Part shown: piece after piece, positions 23,152 to 35,833 of the stretch
Layout of the letters: the number at the start of each line of letters is the position of its first letter
Position numbering within the stretch: position 1 is the first letter of the stretch
Origin: Pachysolen tannophilus NRRL Y-2460
Lineage: Eukaryota
Direction: 5' to 3'
Length of the DNA stretch: 64,000 nucleotides
Assembly (NCBI GenBank): GCA_001661245.1
Contig: KV454011.1
Coordinates: 1,204,724-1,268,723, forward strand
Position numbers and translations under genes: made by a program
Notes under the pieces: model-generated
Seen by the model: only the letters and a program-made list of their open reading frames with translations
Told to the model about the DNA's origin: nothing
Databases searched by the model: none

Positions 23152-24365
23152 TCAGTTGACGATAGAATAGGCATTTCTTGGGAAATTATTGCTATTGTTG
23201 TTACTGGTGTTGTTATTGATACCTAGTCTGGTACTTATTCTTCTTCCATGAGGAGTGTTTTTAACGTCCACCATTAGTGGAACTAAGATATTTTTCAAGC
23301 GGTTGAATTGGTCAAATTGAGCCACATCCAAAGAAGTTTGGAGAACGTAATTTCCGTAGGAATCATTCAATAATTTGACAATATCATCTTGATGAGTTGA
23401 AATTAAATTATCAATCAATTTTTCTGAAAAATTGGATAATCTTAATACTTTTTCAATGACATTAGAGCCGAATTTATGTAATGATAATTCAATAATGTTT
23501 TCATTAATGACATTCAAGATTTTGGAGATTAATTCATCAAGTTCCTTGTTATCAGATTCAATCAACTCTTCTCTGTTCAAGATGTATTGTACAACGTAAT
23601 TTCCAAAAGGATCAACGGCTAATGTTAAAACATTTTCATTAATCTTGGAACATAATGCTTTGCATTGTTCTAAAGTACCAAAATCAAGACATCTTTGTAA
23701 GACACAACAACCGTGTCTATGAGTGGCAATTAAATTACAATTTTCACAAATAATATCAAATATGAACTGATTATCGCTGGCCGAAAGTTTTGATAAACAT
23801 TTTTGAACAACATGATTACCGTTTAAATCTCTTGATAACGATACAATATTTGGTGATAAAGATTCAACTATAATTTTGGCTTCTTCTTCTGTAGCAACGC
23901 ATTCAACTAATTTTTGTAAAGCTCTAGTACCATGAGAATCTAGTGCAATTTCATAAAAATGTGAAGATGCAATTTTAACCAAGACAATTCTTTGTTCTTC
24001 ATTAGCTTTTTCTAATAATTTTTGAATAAGATAATTTCCAAAAGGATCAACCATCAATTCAACGACATTCAAATAAGTTTCATTGAAGATCAATGTTGTT
24101 TTGAGTTCATCGTCTAAATCCAATTGTTTCTGTAAGAAACGACAACCATGTTGATCTTTACACAAGGAATAAATATCGCCTTTAAAATCGTCCAATTTGG
24201 CACCTATATATTTCGAAGGATCTTCACCTTTCCTTCTGCTGTTATTCAAAGACTTGTTTCTATGAACATTCATACCACTATTGTACCTGCGATTGCTTAC
24301 CAGAGCATTTATACTACTAGTGTTGCTGTTATTGTTGTTATTGTTGCTGTTGTTACTGTTGTTAC

Positions 24366-24396
<31 letters not shown>

Positions 24397-25941
24397 GCTA
24401 TTGTTATTATTATCGTGGAATAATTGACTATCAAAATTGTTGTCAAAAGATTGATGATGAGGAATTACACCACCATTACTCCACATTGGATTCAAACGTA
24501 AAGGCAGCGTCTGAACATGTCCGGGAATTGGACTATTTGCTAACTCGCTCACACGTCCACTAGCAGCAGTAACACCTGCCACCCCAGGAGCATGTTGCAC
24601 TAAATGCAGTTGATGCTGATTGTGCTGCTGAAGCAGGAACTCTTGTGGCTGGGGCATGAATAGCTGCGCTTTCCGTGACTGTGGAGTAATTCCAAACATG
24701 AAATCCATCTGGCTGAAAGTTCCAGGATGCAGAGAAGTCAAATTTTCAGAATCCATATGCATTTGCATGGGGAATTGATAAGCGGATGCAAAATTTTGTT
24801 GTTGTTGTTGCTGCTGCTGCTGAGGATAGTACTGGGAATAGGCAACTGATTGTTCTGAGGTATGGCATTGACTTCTTGATATACTTGGAGAAGATACAGC
24901 ATCACTTGTAATTGGTAAAGTCACTCTTCTCTTATCATTTGGTTTCATCTGATGTTGTAGTGATGGTGATGAAATCAACGCTGGACCAAAGTTCATTCCG
25001 CCATTACCGCTGCTGCTGCTGCTGCCAGCAGTATTTCTCAATTCTGAAAGACTATCACTTCTAATTTTGTGATAACGATCGTTAATATTGTTGGAATTGT
25101 TATTGTTGCTACTAGTTTCGGGTAATTGAAAAGGTTTAACAGGTAATACCATAAAGTTCGAAGAAGTATTAAAAGGTGGAGCTGACTGTGCAATTCCAGC
25201 TACTGGACCCCAATTAGTGCTAGGTGTCTTTGGTAAAAAATTGGATGAACTGGATGATGTTGGATTGGGAGTTAATGATCCTGTAGGGTACAAACTAATA
25301 AAAGAGCTGGTATTGTTATAATTTGATACAAATGATTCATCAATTGTAGTAGCATCGTCACGATTGTCCTTTGACGTCATTGTAGTTGAATTATTTTCAT
25401 TATTTTTCAAATCGTTACGAGAATTAATCCCATCAGTTGAATTACTATTTTTCAACCTATTAGTCAGTAACTCTGTATAATCTAAATTTAAATTCCCCAA
25501 TGCAATATCAATATCCAAATCTGGAGTTTCTGATCTTAAAATTCCACTACTTGAACCAACATTAAAATTTCCAACACCGGGAGTCGTGAATAAATCCAGA
25601 GTAGCTGCTGATGAATGGAAATGATTTTTTGAATTTGAAGTTGTAGAACGGTTCAACGGGGTAACTGTCATTGAAGTTGTATTGGCATCACTATTATTTG
25701 ATTCAATTGTACGCAGAAAACTTAATTGATCCTTTTCATTACCGCCAACAAATGATGACATGAACCGCTGTTGGTTCAGCTGCAGCTGCCGGGTCCGGTA
25801 AAGTTCCTGGTTTGATCCTTTTGGTGGAGGAGTAGTTGTCACAGAACTATTTGAAACCAGCGGCTCACCAGCACCAATAGTAGTCATTGTAGTAGTAGTA
25901 GTAGTATTATTATTATTTTCTTGAAGTAATGATGATGACAT
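23152..25941 (-). CDS. PUF4: Pumilio-family RNA-binding protein Puf4
   Basis: C-terminal Puf repeats (LCKDQHGCRFLQ, DPFGNYLIQK, DSHGTRALQK, DLNGNHVVQK, HRHGCCVLQR, HKFGSNVIEK, DSYGNYVLQT); N/Q-rich N-terminal region. Confidence 0.9.
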
Positions 25942-26870
25942 GCCTTAACGAAAGAAAAAAAAAAAATTAACAAAATTAAATTTTAAAAAAAAAATGCAAT
26001 GTAGTGAGTGATATTGTAGTATGATATGTTGATTTTGAATGAATAGTTTCAAATGGTAGGTTGAGGGGTATTGTTCTTGTCTATAGTTATATACCTTTCC
26101 CTTAAAACAAACCTTAGGTATTATGAGTTGATCTTATGCAGATTAAAGTCTCTAAATGACAAAATGAATAATGAACAATATGAAGATGGGGGATATGAGA
26201 TGAAAGTAATAAAAAAAATAAAAAATAAAAAAAATTAAAAGACTAAATCAAATCAAACCAAATCAATCAAAAACCGAACAAGAACCGTACAATATGAAAA
26301 GTTATTAAGAACAAAACAAATTTTAAAAAAAAAAACCAAATAAGAATGGAAAGATGGAATCTTTTTTTTCCTTCTATCTAATATACAGTTTCAAATATTC
26401 CACAAATGAAGATGAAGAAAATAATGAAGAAATGAAATGAAATGAAATAAGNAAAAAAAAAAAAAAAAGGGGGGAAATTTGTTGAAGATTAATTAAAATT
26501 GATCCAAACTAATATACATAAAAATGTGTATACAGAAATCAATTGTTTTTATAAAACAACAACTAATTTATAAAGGGTTCAAGCCAAGAGAACCCGTCTT
26601 GAAGACAACTAGTATACAATCTCGATTAACGGTATATACAAAGTATATTAATTTCAAAATAATATATATTTATATATATTTTATATATTTATATGTTTAA
26701 ATTTATTTATATGTTGATTTGATTTTTCCTATACAAAAACAAAAAAAAAAAAAATTTTCTTTCCGAAAAAAACAAAAGAACAAAAAAACAAAAAAAAAAA
26801 CAAAAAAAATTGAAAAAAAAAACATGTTTTTTTAAAAAAATAAATGAATGATGATTGATAAATGATCAAA

Positions 26871-29327
26871 TTATTCTCTCAACAGTGAAGGTTTTCTATC
26901 CATGTTGACCATTTTCTTTTTGTTTCTTTTTGTGATCTTTTCATCGTTCATTATTCTATCGAATTCTCCAACTTTTGATAATTGTCTTCCGAAATTGTCC
27001 TTGTCCTTTAATTTATAAATTCTTACAATCCAATTTTCACTTGTGAAAACTTCTTCGACACTATTGATTTGAATTGATTTTGCATAATCCAAGGATAATC
27101 TTTGATTTCTTGATCTATCAGCTGCTCCTGTAGTTGGGCCACTTCCAAAAGAGGAATATACTTCACCAAATCTATAATATGAAAGTTTGTATAAAAGAGA
27201 ATTACGCATTGCAGAAGTAGCTAAATCATCAATTCTATATTCACCTTTATCTGTGAAATAAGATCTTTCACGTATTTCTTCAGGCCATATACCTTCACTT
27301 ATTCTAACCATCCATAAGAATTTGTTTAAATCATCACCACTAAAACCAATTAAACCTCCAAAAATGACCAAGATATAATCAACATCCAATGATCTCATTA
27401 TTTCTTCAGATTTCTCTTCAGTTGTGGCCATTGCACGTCCAACGGTGGCGATATGAGTATTATTCCAAGTATTGTTATCTACCAATGTAGTTCTATCTGC
27501 CATACCACCAATTTGGTAACCATAATCCCACCATGCCATAACTTTAGAATCTTCTGGGGTATTCATACGAAGCCAATAATAAGCTTCTCTATAATCATCA
27601 ATCAAGTGTTGAGATCCATCAGGGTTACGTGATGCTAAAACCACAGATGGAGACGAGTATGCATTTGATGTGACCCAAGTACAATGATGTACGTAGAACC
27701 ACAAGTAAAAGATAAAAGTTCCTGAAACCAAAAGTTTTGTTAAAGATTGAAACAATGTATCTTTATTAAATGAAAAAGTATGAACAATTTCTGATGTTTT
27801 TTTATTCTTTGTATTAGCATTTGTAGTAGTATTACTATTAGTATTATTGGTAGTAGTAGTAGTTGCTGTTGTTGTTGCAATTGTTGAAGCTGATGAAATA
27901 TTTTGATTTTTCTTTGATTTTTTTGTTGATTCATTACTTTCTGAAAACCCACTATTATTATTTGATATTCCTTTAATTTCATTTGTTAAGATATCTTTAA
28001 TATTTAAATAAACTTCAAATATTTTACCAACAGCGATACCACCACATACACAAACAATTGGAGCTAAAGTTAACATTAATCTAATCATGACTCCAGCAAA
28101 ATAAGATCCAAGAACACTATAAATGATAACAAAAACACTTTGATTTGATAAATCATTAAAACAAAGCCAAACTCCTACAGGGAATAACCAAATTAAAAAA
28201 TTCAAATCAAAATAAAAAGCTGACCAAGGAGTAGGTTGGTGTTCTGAAACTGATGCAATGATTGGGATATGGACTTTTGCATAATTTGTGTCCCATAAAG
28301 AATAAAACCTACCTGTCCATGGAGCAATCAAACCTAGATGTGTCAGCAGTACTAAACCTGTAATACCTAGGATGAAAACAAAAGCTCCAAAAGTATAAAT
28401 GACTTTTTTAAAACTTTTCAGTGAAAGTGTTGATTTAAAATAACTTGCCAAAAGAACCAATTGCAACAATCCGAAAACACCAAATGAAGCCATATGATCA
28501 TTTGATTTTATAGGTAAAAATCCAACAAATGGAATTTGCATAGACATTAAAGTACCCAAGACATACCATGTTGTATAACTAACATAAACTTTATGATCAA
28601 ATCTTCCCATTAATAATAACACAAAAACGTGTAATGGAATCAAATTTGTAATGAAAACGTAACCTCCCCAAGCACTTACCATATAAAAATAAAATAATGA
28701 AGTTAAACTACCCCAAAAGATTGAACCTAATTTGATTGCCTTAATCCAAAAATAAAAAGTTGCCATCAATAAGGTAATTGCAATTGCCTCGTTATCATAT
28801 GATCCAGCAACAGATCTTGAGATATATCCAGGTGTAATACCCATAAATATAGCACTGAATAATGAAGCTGTTGTATTATGATCAGTGATTTCATTTGTTA
28901 AGAAAAAGATAAATAATGAAGTCACTGAAGAAAAAGCCGGAGCCAATAAGACACAAATATTCCTAATATCAATTGGTAATCCAACAAAATTTAAAAAATG
29001 TTTGATAACACCACTAGTAACCATCAATCCAGGATATAATGTTCCACCAGTTACTCTTCCTAATGGGTACCATGTCTTATCATCAAACCAATTTAAAAAT
29101 TTATTAAATCCATGCTTAACCAAATACTTTGTTGCTCGATAATTGAACCACGGATCAAACTCATGAATAATACTTTCAAACCGAATAACACTGAATAACC
29201 TTGAAGATATTGCAGCAATCGATATAGAAATAAAAATCGAAATTATCAACAACGATTTGATCAATTTTAAAAAAAATGATGGCACCACAATAGAACCATC
29301 TTGCTCGTCAATTAATATAGAAACCAT
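26871..29327 (-). CDS. STT3: Oligosaccharyltransferase catalytic subunit
   Basis: IIHEFDPWFN, SVAGSYDNE, WWDYG, DNNTWN. First in-frame ATG at 29327 (the ORF-track start is GTG). Confidence 0.97.
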   Translation of the reverse strand: MVSILIDEQDGSIVVPSFFLKLIKSLLIISIFISISIAAISSRLFSVIRFESIIHEFDPWFNYRATKYLVKHGFNKFLNWFDDKTWYPLGRVTGGTLYPGLMVTSGVIKHFLNFVGLPIDIRNICVLLAPAFSSVTSLFIFFLTNEITDHNTTASLFSAIFMGITPGYISRSVAGSYDNEAIAITLLMATFYFWIKAIKLGSIFWGSLTSLFYFYMVSAWGGYVFITNLIPLHVFVLLLMGRFDHKVYVSYTTWYVLGTLMSMQIPFVGFLPIKSNDHMASFGVFGLLQLVLLASYFKSTLSLKSFKKVIYTFGAFVFILGITGLVLLTHLGLIAPWTGRFYSLWDTNYAKVHIPIIASVSEHQPTPWSAFYFDLNFLIWLFPVGVWLCFNDLSNQSVFVIIYSVLGSYFAGVMIRLMLTLAPIVCVCGGIAVGKIFEVYLNIKDILTNEIKGISNNNSGFSESNESTKKSKKNQNISSASTIATTTATTTTTNNTNSNTTTNANTKNKKTSEIVHTFSFNKDTLFQSLTKLLVSGTFIFYLWFYVHHCTWVTSNAYSSPSVVLASRNPDGSQHLIDDYREAYYWLRMNTPEDSKVMAWWDYGYQIGGMADRTTLVDNNTWNNTHIATVGRAMATTEEKSEEIMRSLDVDYILVIFGGLIGFSGDDLNKFLWMVRISEGIWPEEIRERSYFTDKGEYRIDDLATSAMRNSLLYKLSYYRFGEVYSSFGSGPTTGAADRSRNQRLSLDYAKSIQINSVEEVFTSENWIVRIYKLKDKDNFGRQLSKVGEFDRIMNDEKITKRNKKKMVNMDRKPSLLRE

Positions 29328-29515
29328 CCTCTGCACTGCTCCCACTATAGATCCATACACATACACATAAATATATATATATATATATTAATCTACCTTG
29401 ATATCAACAGTTTTGTCTCTTTGTTCTCTTGTTCTATTTCTATTCTCTCTTTGTTCAAACGTGTTAGCATCTTTTTTTTTTTTGTTTTTTTCGTCATTTT
29501 ACACCAAATTTTATG

Positions 29516-29735
29516 GCCCTGTAAGCGCCAGCCCTCGTTTTTAACACCGCCAAAAAAAACAACAACATCACACAGCCCCTAATTGGCAACAGCCCTTGAA
29601 AATAAAAATGAAAAAGATAATTGCACAGCCGCCCTTGAAATATTATTTTACCGTAAAAGCCCTTGTTTTAATATTATTTTACGTCGCCCCTATATTTTAC
29701 AACGCCCTTATTTTGTTTATTTTGTAACCGCCCTC
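29516..29735 (+). repeat. Cluster of nine co-oriented GCCC(C/T) motifs / degenerate tandem repeat in the STT3-PIB2 divergent promoter
   Basis: GCCCY at 29516, 29531, 29575, 29592, 29631, 29659, 29686, 29704 and 29730; several followed by TATTTTAC. Confidence 0.7.
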
Positions 29736-29905
29736 GTTTGTGTTTGACCAGTTTCACTAGTTTCTCGCTAAAAACAAGCTATCTCAACAAGGAAGTATTT
29801 ATATGAATATTAATATATACATATATCTATATGTCTATTATTATTGCTTGAACAAGTGTGAGTTGATTCTTGTTTATTTTGGTGCTTTGATTTGTTATTT
29901 TGAAG

Positions 29906-32416
29906 ATGAGTCAAAGAGAGGAAGAGCATAATAGTAATAGTATCATTTTTACCAAGAAACAAGATTTGAAAGTTCAATCTTTACAATCTTCTTTGTCGTT
30001 GAATAATCATTTTTTTGTAAATGGTACTGCACGGACAAATCCAAGAAGTACAAGCGAAGAATTAGAAGATGGGGTGCTGGAAAATATTGAAGATGATGCG
30101 GATGATGATGATGATCAACTGAGTGATAATTTGACACTAAGCGCCATTAGGAAATTGCAAGATAAGGGGAAGCTTTGTCGGGATAAGAATCTTGAGGTAA
30201 CGGCGGCTAATGGTAACAATAATACCGGAAATGTAGTGGGTACTATTGTTGGACCTAGTACTTCTGGTACTGGAGTTAATGCTGAAGGAGTTGTTGGAGG
30301 TTCTAGTATTCACTCGAGAGATGATATAATAGGTGGGGATCGACTGAAGATTAGAAGTGGCGAAGCGAATATTAATAATAATAATAATAATAATCCAATG
30401 AAGAATTATCTTGGTTCTACAACGAGTCTTGGATCTTCGAATGATAGCGGGTTGGCGCTAAGGCCAATGAACAGTTTCCATACGACTGCTGCGAAAGATG
30501 GAGTGGTGAATAGTGTTGTTAGCAGCAGCAATGTATCTGTGGATGAGGCCAAGGTAACAGTGAAGAATTTGCCCAAAATTATTCAGGACTTTAATATCAA
30601 TGGTAATGGTGATGGTCATGGTAATAATAACAATAGTGGCAGCGGTAGTGGTAGTGTTGACTTAAATAACTCGGCTACAAAGGTACAAAACAATGTCATG
30701 AACCATTTTGAAAAAAGAAGACCTATATCTCCTTCGCCAATGTTGAAAAATAGTCATTTCCAGTTGATGGCACAAAATGGTAACCAGAATGGTAACCAGA
30801 ATGGAAGCCAAAATGGAACAAGTAGCGCTGAAACTAGTGGGACTTTATCACCCATGAATAGGTCAAGCAGTGCCCTAGTACTACAACAACAAAATTTGAG
30901 GGTTCCATATCAGTTACAACAAAATAACATCAATACTACCAATGAGAGTAATCATACCGCTGGCCTTAGTAAATTTCAACCGGCAGTTTCAAGTCCAATT
31001 GTTCAGGAGCAGCAGCAGCAGCAACCACAACAACAACAACAGCAGCAACAGCAACAACAGCAGCAACCACAGCAACAGCAACAACAAGATACAGAAATTC
31101 AACCTCCGCAGAAGCAACCGGAATTACAACCTCAGTCTCAAGCGCTGTTGCTGCTAGACATTCAACGCAGCGGGTTGGCCGCAGATCAAACTTCTACACA
31201 AAGTATCAACAAATTGAAAAGACCTTTATACGTTCCAGCTGTCTTGAGACCAAACGTTTTCCAACAATCTTTAGACCCATCATCTTCAGCATCATCAATA
31301 ACATCATCCAATCCTAATTCTGCTCTGAACGATAATACTGTTCCTGAAAACATTTCAAAAGATTTGTTAAAATATAAAGAATACAACAATTTAATTCGTC
31401 CAGCTTTATCTTCAGGTTCTCCATCTTTAAATTTAAATTTCAGCAAAAAATCCCCTTATTCGTCATCATCGATAACTTCAAATGGCATTCAAAACCACAA
31501 TAAAGTATCGAATAGGACAGTGAGTTTCTTATATAATTTAAAAGCCCAGTTTTTAGCTCCTTCACACATGTCATCGGATGATTCATCATCTACTTTTTCA
31601 ATAAGTTCATCACAATCTTCAAGATCATCTTTAAATATTGTTCAAAAAGGTCCTTCAAGAAGACATTGGAAAAAAGATTCATCTTCTTTCAAATGTTTTA
31701 ATTGTGGAGTATTTTTCACAAATGTTGGTATAAGAAGAAGAAAACATCATTGTAGATCATGTGGAGAGATTTTTTGTACTGATTGTATAAATCATTACAT
31801 ATATTTAGACAATGACGCAAAATTTGTGTTGATTGATCTTGATCATAATAAGAAAGATAAATCAGATGCAGATGAAAATGATAATTATACCCAAGAGAAT
31901 TCATCTGTTTTCAAAAATGGATTCACTTTTAATGGAAACGATAATACTACAATGATACAGCCTAATACTTCTTTATCAAATGATGAAACAAATAATAATA
32001 TTCATAATAGCGATTGTGGGAGTATCGTTCCTACAACACCAAAGGAAAAATATTTAGTAAAAGCATGTTATCAATGTTTTGAAAATTATGAAAATTTCCT
32101 TAGACAGAAAAATCCTTCAATTTTCAAATTAAATACTAATAATAATAACAATAATTTTATTGTTAAAAATAATAATAATCTTAACAGAGATAGAGGTGAT
32201 AAAAATAATAACAACGCAAATAGAATTGATAATTTATTATTATCAGGCAATTATTATGATAATGATGGTGATACTCGTGATGATGAGTTAAGAAGAAGTT
32301 CTATTGCTAGTCAATCGAATAATAATAATGGTAACAAAAATAATAATAATGGTAATAATAATAATAATGTTGTTGGTTCATTCATTCCAGCAGACTGGAA
32401 TTGGAGTTCTTTTTAA
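29906..32416 (+). CDS. PIB2: FYVE-domain TORC1 activator Pib2
   Basis: RPLYVPAVLR motif, FYVE domain (W....CFNC..RRRKHHCRSCGEIFC), tail IPADWNWSSF. Divergent from STT3, as in S. cerevisiae. Confidence 0.92.
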   Translation: MSQREEEHNSNSIIFTKKQDLKVQSLQSSLSLNNHFFVNGTARTNPRSTSEELEDGVLENIEDDADDDDDQLSDNLTLSAIRKLQDKGKLCRDKNLEVTAANGNNNTGNVVGTIVGPSTSGTGVNAEGVVGGSSIHSRDDIIGGDRLKIRSGEANINNNNNNNPMKNYLGSTTSLGSSNDSGLALRPMNSFHTTAAKDGVVNSVVSSSNVSVDEAKVTVKNLPKIIQDFNINGNGDGHGNNNNSGSGSGSVDLNNSATKVQNNVMNHFEKRRPISPSPMLKNSHFQLMAQNGNQNGNQNGSQNGTSSAETSGTLSPMNRSSSALVLQQQNLRVPYQLQQNNINTTNESNHTAGLSKFQPAVSSPIVQEQQQQQPQQQQQQQQQQQQQPQQQQQQDTEIQPPQKQPELQPQSQALLLLDIQRSGLAADQTSTQSINKLKRPLYVPAVLRPNVFQQSLDPSSSASSITSSNPNSALNDNTVPENISKDLLKYKEYNNLIRPALSSGSPSLNLNFSKKSPYSSSSITSNGIQNHNKVSNRTVSFLYNLKAQFLAPSHMSSDDSSSTFSISSSQSSRSSLNIVQKGPSRRHWKKDSSSFKCFNCGVFFTNVGIRRRKHHCRSCGEIFCTDCINHYIYLDNDAKFVLIDLDHNKKDKSDADENDNYTQENSSVFKNGFTFNGNDNTTMIQPNTSLSNDETNNNIHNSDCGSIVPTTPKEKYLVKACYQCFENYENFLRQKNPSIFKLNTNNNNNNFIVKNNNNLNRDRGDKNNNNANRIDNLLLSGNYYDNDGDTRDDELRRSSIASQSNNNNGNKNNNNGNNNNNVVGSFIPADWNWSSF

Positions 32417-33133
32417 AAAATATATATAATCTAATAGATATATTTATTAGTTTATATTGTTCTATACATATATAAATATATATTTCTACAAAAAAATATT
32501 GTTTATAATTATTTTAAATTTTTTTTTTTTTTGGTTATTTTTTTCTTTCAATAATTTATATATTTAATTTTGATTAAGTTAATTTCGAAAATATCCCAAG
32601 ATAAAATGTTTGTGAGAGAAGAAATATAAACAAAATATAATTAATCAAAATAAAATAAAAAATGGTTGAAAAAGAAAAAAAAAAAAAAAAGTAGAGTTCC
32701 AAAATATTAATTATTAAAAAATAGAAAAAAAAAAGTATGAAAACCAACAATGATAACAACAGCAAAGAATAAACGACAAGTAAAAAGTCAATTTTAAGGT
32801 ATTATATAAAAATTGAAAAATTTCAAAACAGAAATGTATAGAAAAGAATGAAAGGAATGGAATTAACAGTTTCCACCAAGACATGAATCAAAATGCAAAA
32901 TAAAAAGAAAGAAAGGTTGGAAAATTAAATGAAAAATAAAAATAAATATAATAATATAGATTTTTTTTCTTTTTCTTCTTTATTAGTTATTATTAATGAT
33001 GATTTGATCTAATATTTCATTTAATTAATTAAAACAAGAAACAAACAAATAAGAGAGAAAAAAAATTAAGCAAAATTTTTTATTATTATATTATTAGTCT
33101 TTTTCAATTTAAATTCTCTCTCTTTGATTTCCC

Positions 33134-35833
33134 TTATGTTGATTTTTCATGTTGGGTAGAGACTCTTTGCATAGCAAAGATAAAGTCTTCCATTGATCTT
33201 TGAGTTGGCTTTTCCTTTCTTGGTTTACCATTCATGAGTCTATCAAATGATTCTGAAGTGGACATAGAAACATAAGCACCACCCATGACACAGAAGACAC
33301 CGAATGACCAGATCCAAACTCTAACAACTGTAACGATATCGTTCCAGTTTTGTGACCACCAACCGAACAAGGTGAAACATGTAGCAATGATATCAACAAT
33401 CAAGACTGCACCAGATAATTGCCATGATGGAATTGATGACCAGAATGGACCTTGGGCTCTTGTGATGAAAATCAACCAATTTTCAGAAAGAGAAATTTGT
33501 AAGAATAAGACACCATCAATCGAACCGAAGTTTTGGATAATACCACCTTTTTTAACAAACATAGTAGTTAAAGTAATCCAAGTACCAATAGCCAAGATGA
33601 TACCCAAGACAATGGACATACCCCATAATCTTGGTAAGTTCCATTTAACAGGCAGTGGGTCGTATGGAGCATTATCATAAGCAATTGCTAAAGTGGCAAC
33701 ATCGGCGAAAATGGCAATGAAGACAACTAAATCAATATCCAAAGAATTGTTCAAGATAGCAATCCATAATCCTAAAAAGATTTCCAAGTGTAAAGATAAA
33801 GCGATACGGTAAACAACATAAGCATACATTCTGTGGAAAATTTGTCTTGAAGTCTTCAAGGCATCAATAATGGCAGATAAACCTGGAGCTAAGAAAACAA
33901 TATCAGCAGCAGAACGAGCAGCATCGGTGGCACCTTCAACGGCAATACCGGTATCAGCTTTCTTCAAGGATGGAGCATCGTTAACACCGTCACCAGTCAT
34001 GGCAACCAAGTAACCTCTTTGTTGTAAGATAGAAACAACATTATACTTGTGTTGTGGGAAAACTTCAGCAAAACCATCGGCATTTTCAACAAAATCGGAA
34101 ATTTCAGAACCTGGTAAATCACCACCACCGCTTAAACCTAATCTTTCAGCATCGAAAATGTTTGTACCTAAACCTAATTGTCTACAAGTTTCCTTAGCAA
34201 TACCAACGGCATCACCAGTTAACATCTTGACTCTTAAACCTAATCTTTTAGCTTCAGCAACAGTTTTAGCAGTATCATCTCTTGGAGGATCCATACATGG
34301 CATGACACCCAAGATTTCCCAGTGACCTTCACCTCTCTTTCTAGCAACACCCAAAGATCTGAAACCTCTTGAAGCTAATTCAGCAACTTTGTTTTCATAG
34401 TTTTGGTGGATATCTTCAGGAATTGGATGATCTTCTTCAACAGTTTTCAAGACGAATAATGGAGCACCTTTAACACAGATAATTCTTTCACCTTCTGGTG
34501 ATTCAACAATAGCAGTAACTTTCTTTGAAACAGGATCAAAAGGTTGGAATTCAATAACTTTATATTTGGTTAAAGCAGCTTTAGCTCTTGGGTAACGGAT
34601 TAAAGATTTTAAGAAAGCCTTATCAATTGCATCCAAACCCTTCTTCTTTCTAGAAGCAGCTAAACAAGCAGTTAACATTAAATCATCAGCTTCAACACCT
34701 TCAACGGTATATGGGTCGTGTAAGGACAACTTATTTTTGGTTAAAGTACCAGTTTTATCAGAACACAAGATTTCAACACCGGCCAAGGATTCAATGGCAG
34801 ACAATTTTTGGACAATAGCCCTCTTCTTTGCCAAGTAAGCAGCACCGACAGCCATGGTAGTTGTAACAACAGCTGGTAAACCAACTGGAACACCAATAAT
34901 GGTGATTGCCAAGGTATAACGTAAGATTCTAACAATTTTGTTGGTACGGTAAAAGGAAGCAGTCCAAACAAGTAACAAAGTAACAATAACCAAGACCAAC
35001 AACATAGTACCAATGTTATTTAAAACTTCGGTAAAATGACCTTGACCACCTGCAGCCTTGTTGACCAATGCAGCAGCACGACCGACAAAAGTATTGTCAC
35101 CAGTGGCAGTAACAACCATAAAGGCTTCACCACGCTTAACGGTAGAAGAAGAATAAGTACTATCACCGTGACGCTTGTCAACAGCTAAAGATTCACCAGT
35201 AATAGCAGATTGATCAACTTGTAACAAGACATCTTCAGTAACAATTCTACCATCAGCTGGAATAACGGTACCATCTTCCAATTGTAAGATATCACCTGGA
35301 ACAATTTCATTGGCCATAACTTCAACAATGTGACCATCTCTAATAACAACGGCAGTATTAGCCAAAGTTTTCTTTAATTCAGCAACAATGGAACCGGCTT
35401 GGTATTCTTGAATAAAACCAACACCAGCATTCAACAGTAATAAACCACAGATAACACCGAAATCAACCCAATCTTCCAAACCTGCAGCCAAGATAGCAGC
35501 GGCTTCCATAACGAATTGAATTGGACCAATGAAAAACATACAAAACTTAATAATCAAGTTTTCTTGGTCTTCATTCATTTGGTTTAAACCATATCTCTTT
35601 CTTCTTTTCAGAACTTCATCAGAAGTTAAACCAACAGCTGGGTCGGTCTTTAACAATTCTTCAGGAACTGGTTTAAAAGAAGCACCATCATCTTCATCGG
35701 CTGCTTCTTCTTCGTCACCTTCTTCACCTTTATCGGATTGAAGGTCCAAAATTAATTGGTCAATATCTTCATCTTCATCATCGTCTACTGGAGCAGCAGC
35801 GTGCTTTTCATTCGTTGGTTCTGTAGATGACAT
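33134..35833 (-). CDS. PMA1: Plasma-membrane H+-ATPase
   Basis: [31 protein letters not shown]-terminal QRVSTQHEK. Confidence 0.99.
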   Translation of the reverse strand: MSSTEPTNEKHAAAPVDDDEDEDIDQLILDLQSDKGEEGDEEEAADEDDGASFKPVPEELLKTDPAVGLTSDEVLKRRKRYGLNQMNEDQENLIIKFCMFFIGPIQFVMEAAAILAAGLEDWVDFGVICGLLLLNAGVGFIQEYQAGSIVAELKKTLANTAVVIRDGHIVEVMANEIVPGDILQLEDGTVIPADGRIVTEDVLLQVDQSAITGESLAVDKRHGDSTYSSSTVKRGEAFMVVTATGDNTFVGRAAALVNKAAGGQGHFTEVLNNIGTMLLVLVIVTLLLVWTASFYRTNKIVRILRYTLAITIIGVPVGLPAVVTTTMAVGAAYLAKKRAIVQKLSAIESLAGVEILCSDKTGTLTKNKLSLHDPYTVEGVEADDLMLTACLAASRKKKGLDAIDKAFLKSLIRYPRAKAALTKYKVIEFQPFDPVSKKVTAIVESPEGERIICVKGAPLFVLKTVEEDHPIPEDIHQNYENKVAELASRGFRSLGVARKRGEGHWEILGVMPCMDPPRDDTAKTVAEAKRLGLRVKMLTGDAVGIAKETCRQLGLGTNIFDAERLGLSGGGDLPGSEISDFVENADGFAEVFPQHKYNVVSILQQRGYLVAMTGDGVNDAPSLKKADTGIAVEGATDAARSAADIVFLAPGLSAIIDALKTSRQIFHRMYAYVVYRIALSLHLEIFLGLWIAILNNSLDIDLVVFIAIFADVATLAIAYDNAPYDPLPVKWNLPRLWGMSIVLGIILAIGTWITLTTMFVKKGGIIQNFGSIDGVLFLQISLSENWLIFITRAQGPFWSSIPSWQLSGAVLIVDIIATCFTLFGWWSQNWNDIVTVVRVWIWSFGVFCVMGGAYVSMSTSESFDRLMNGKPRKEKPTQRSMEDFIFAMQRVSTQHEKST

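Noticed and set aside
26440..26475. Ambiguous base n beside a poly-A run
   Set aside because: Assembly uncertainty, not biology; it does show that homopolymers in this assembly are unreliable.
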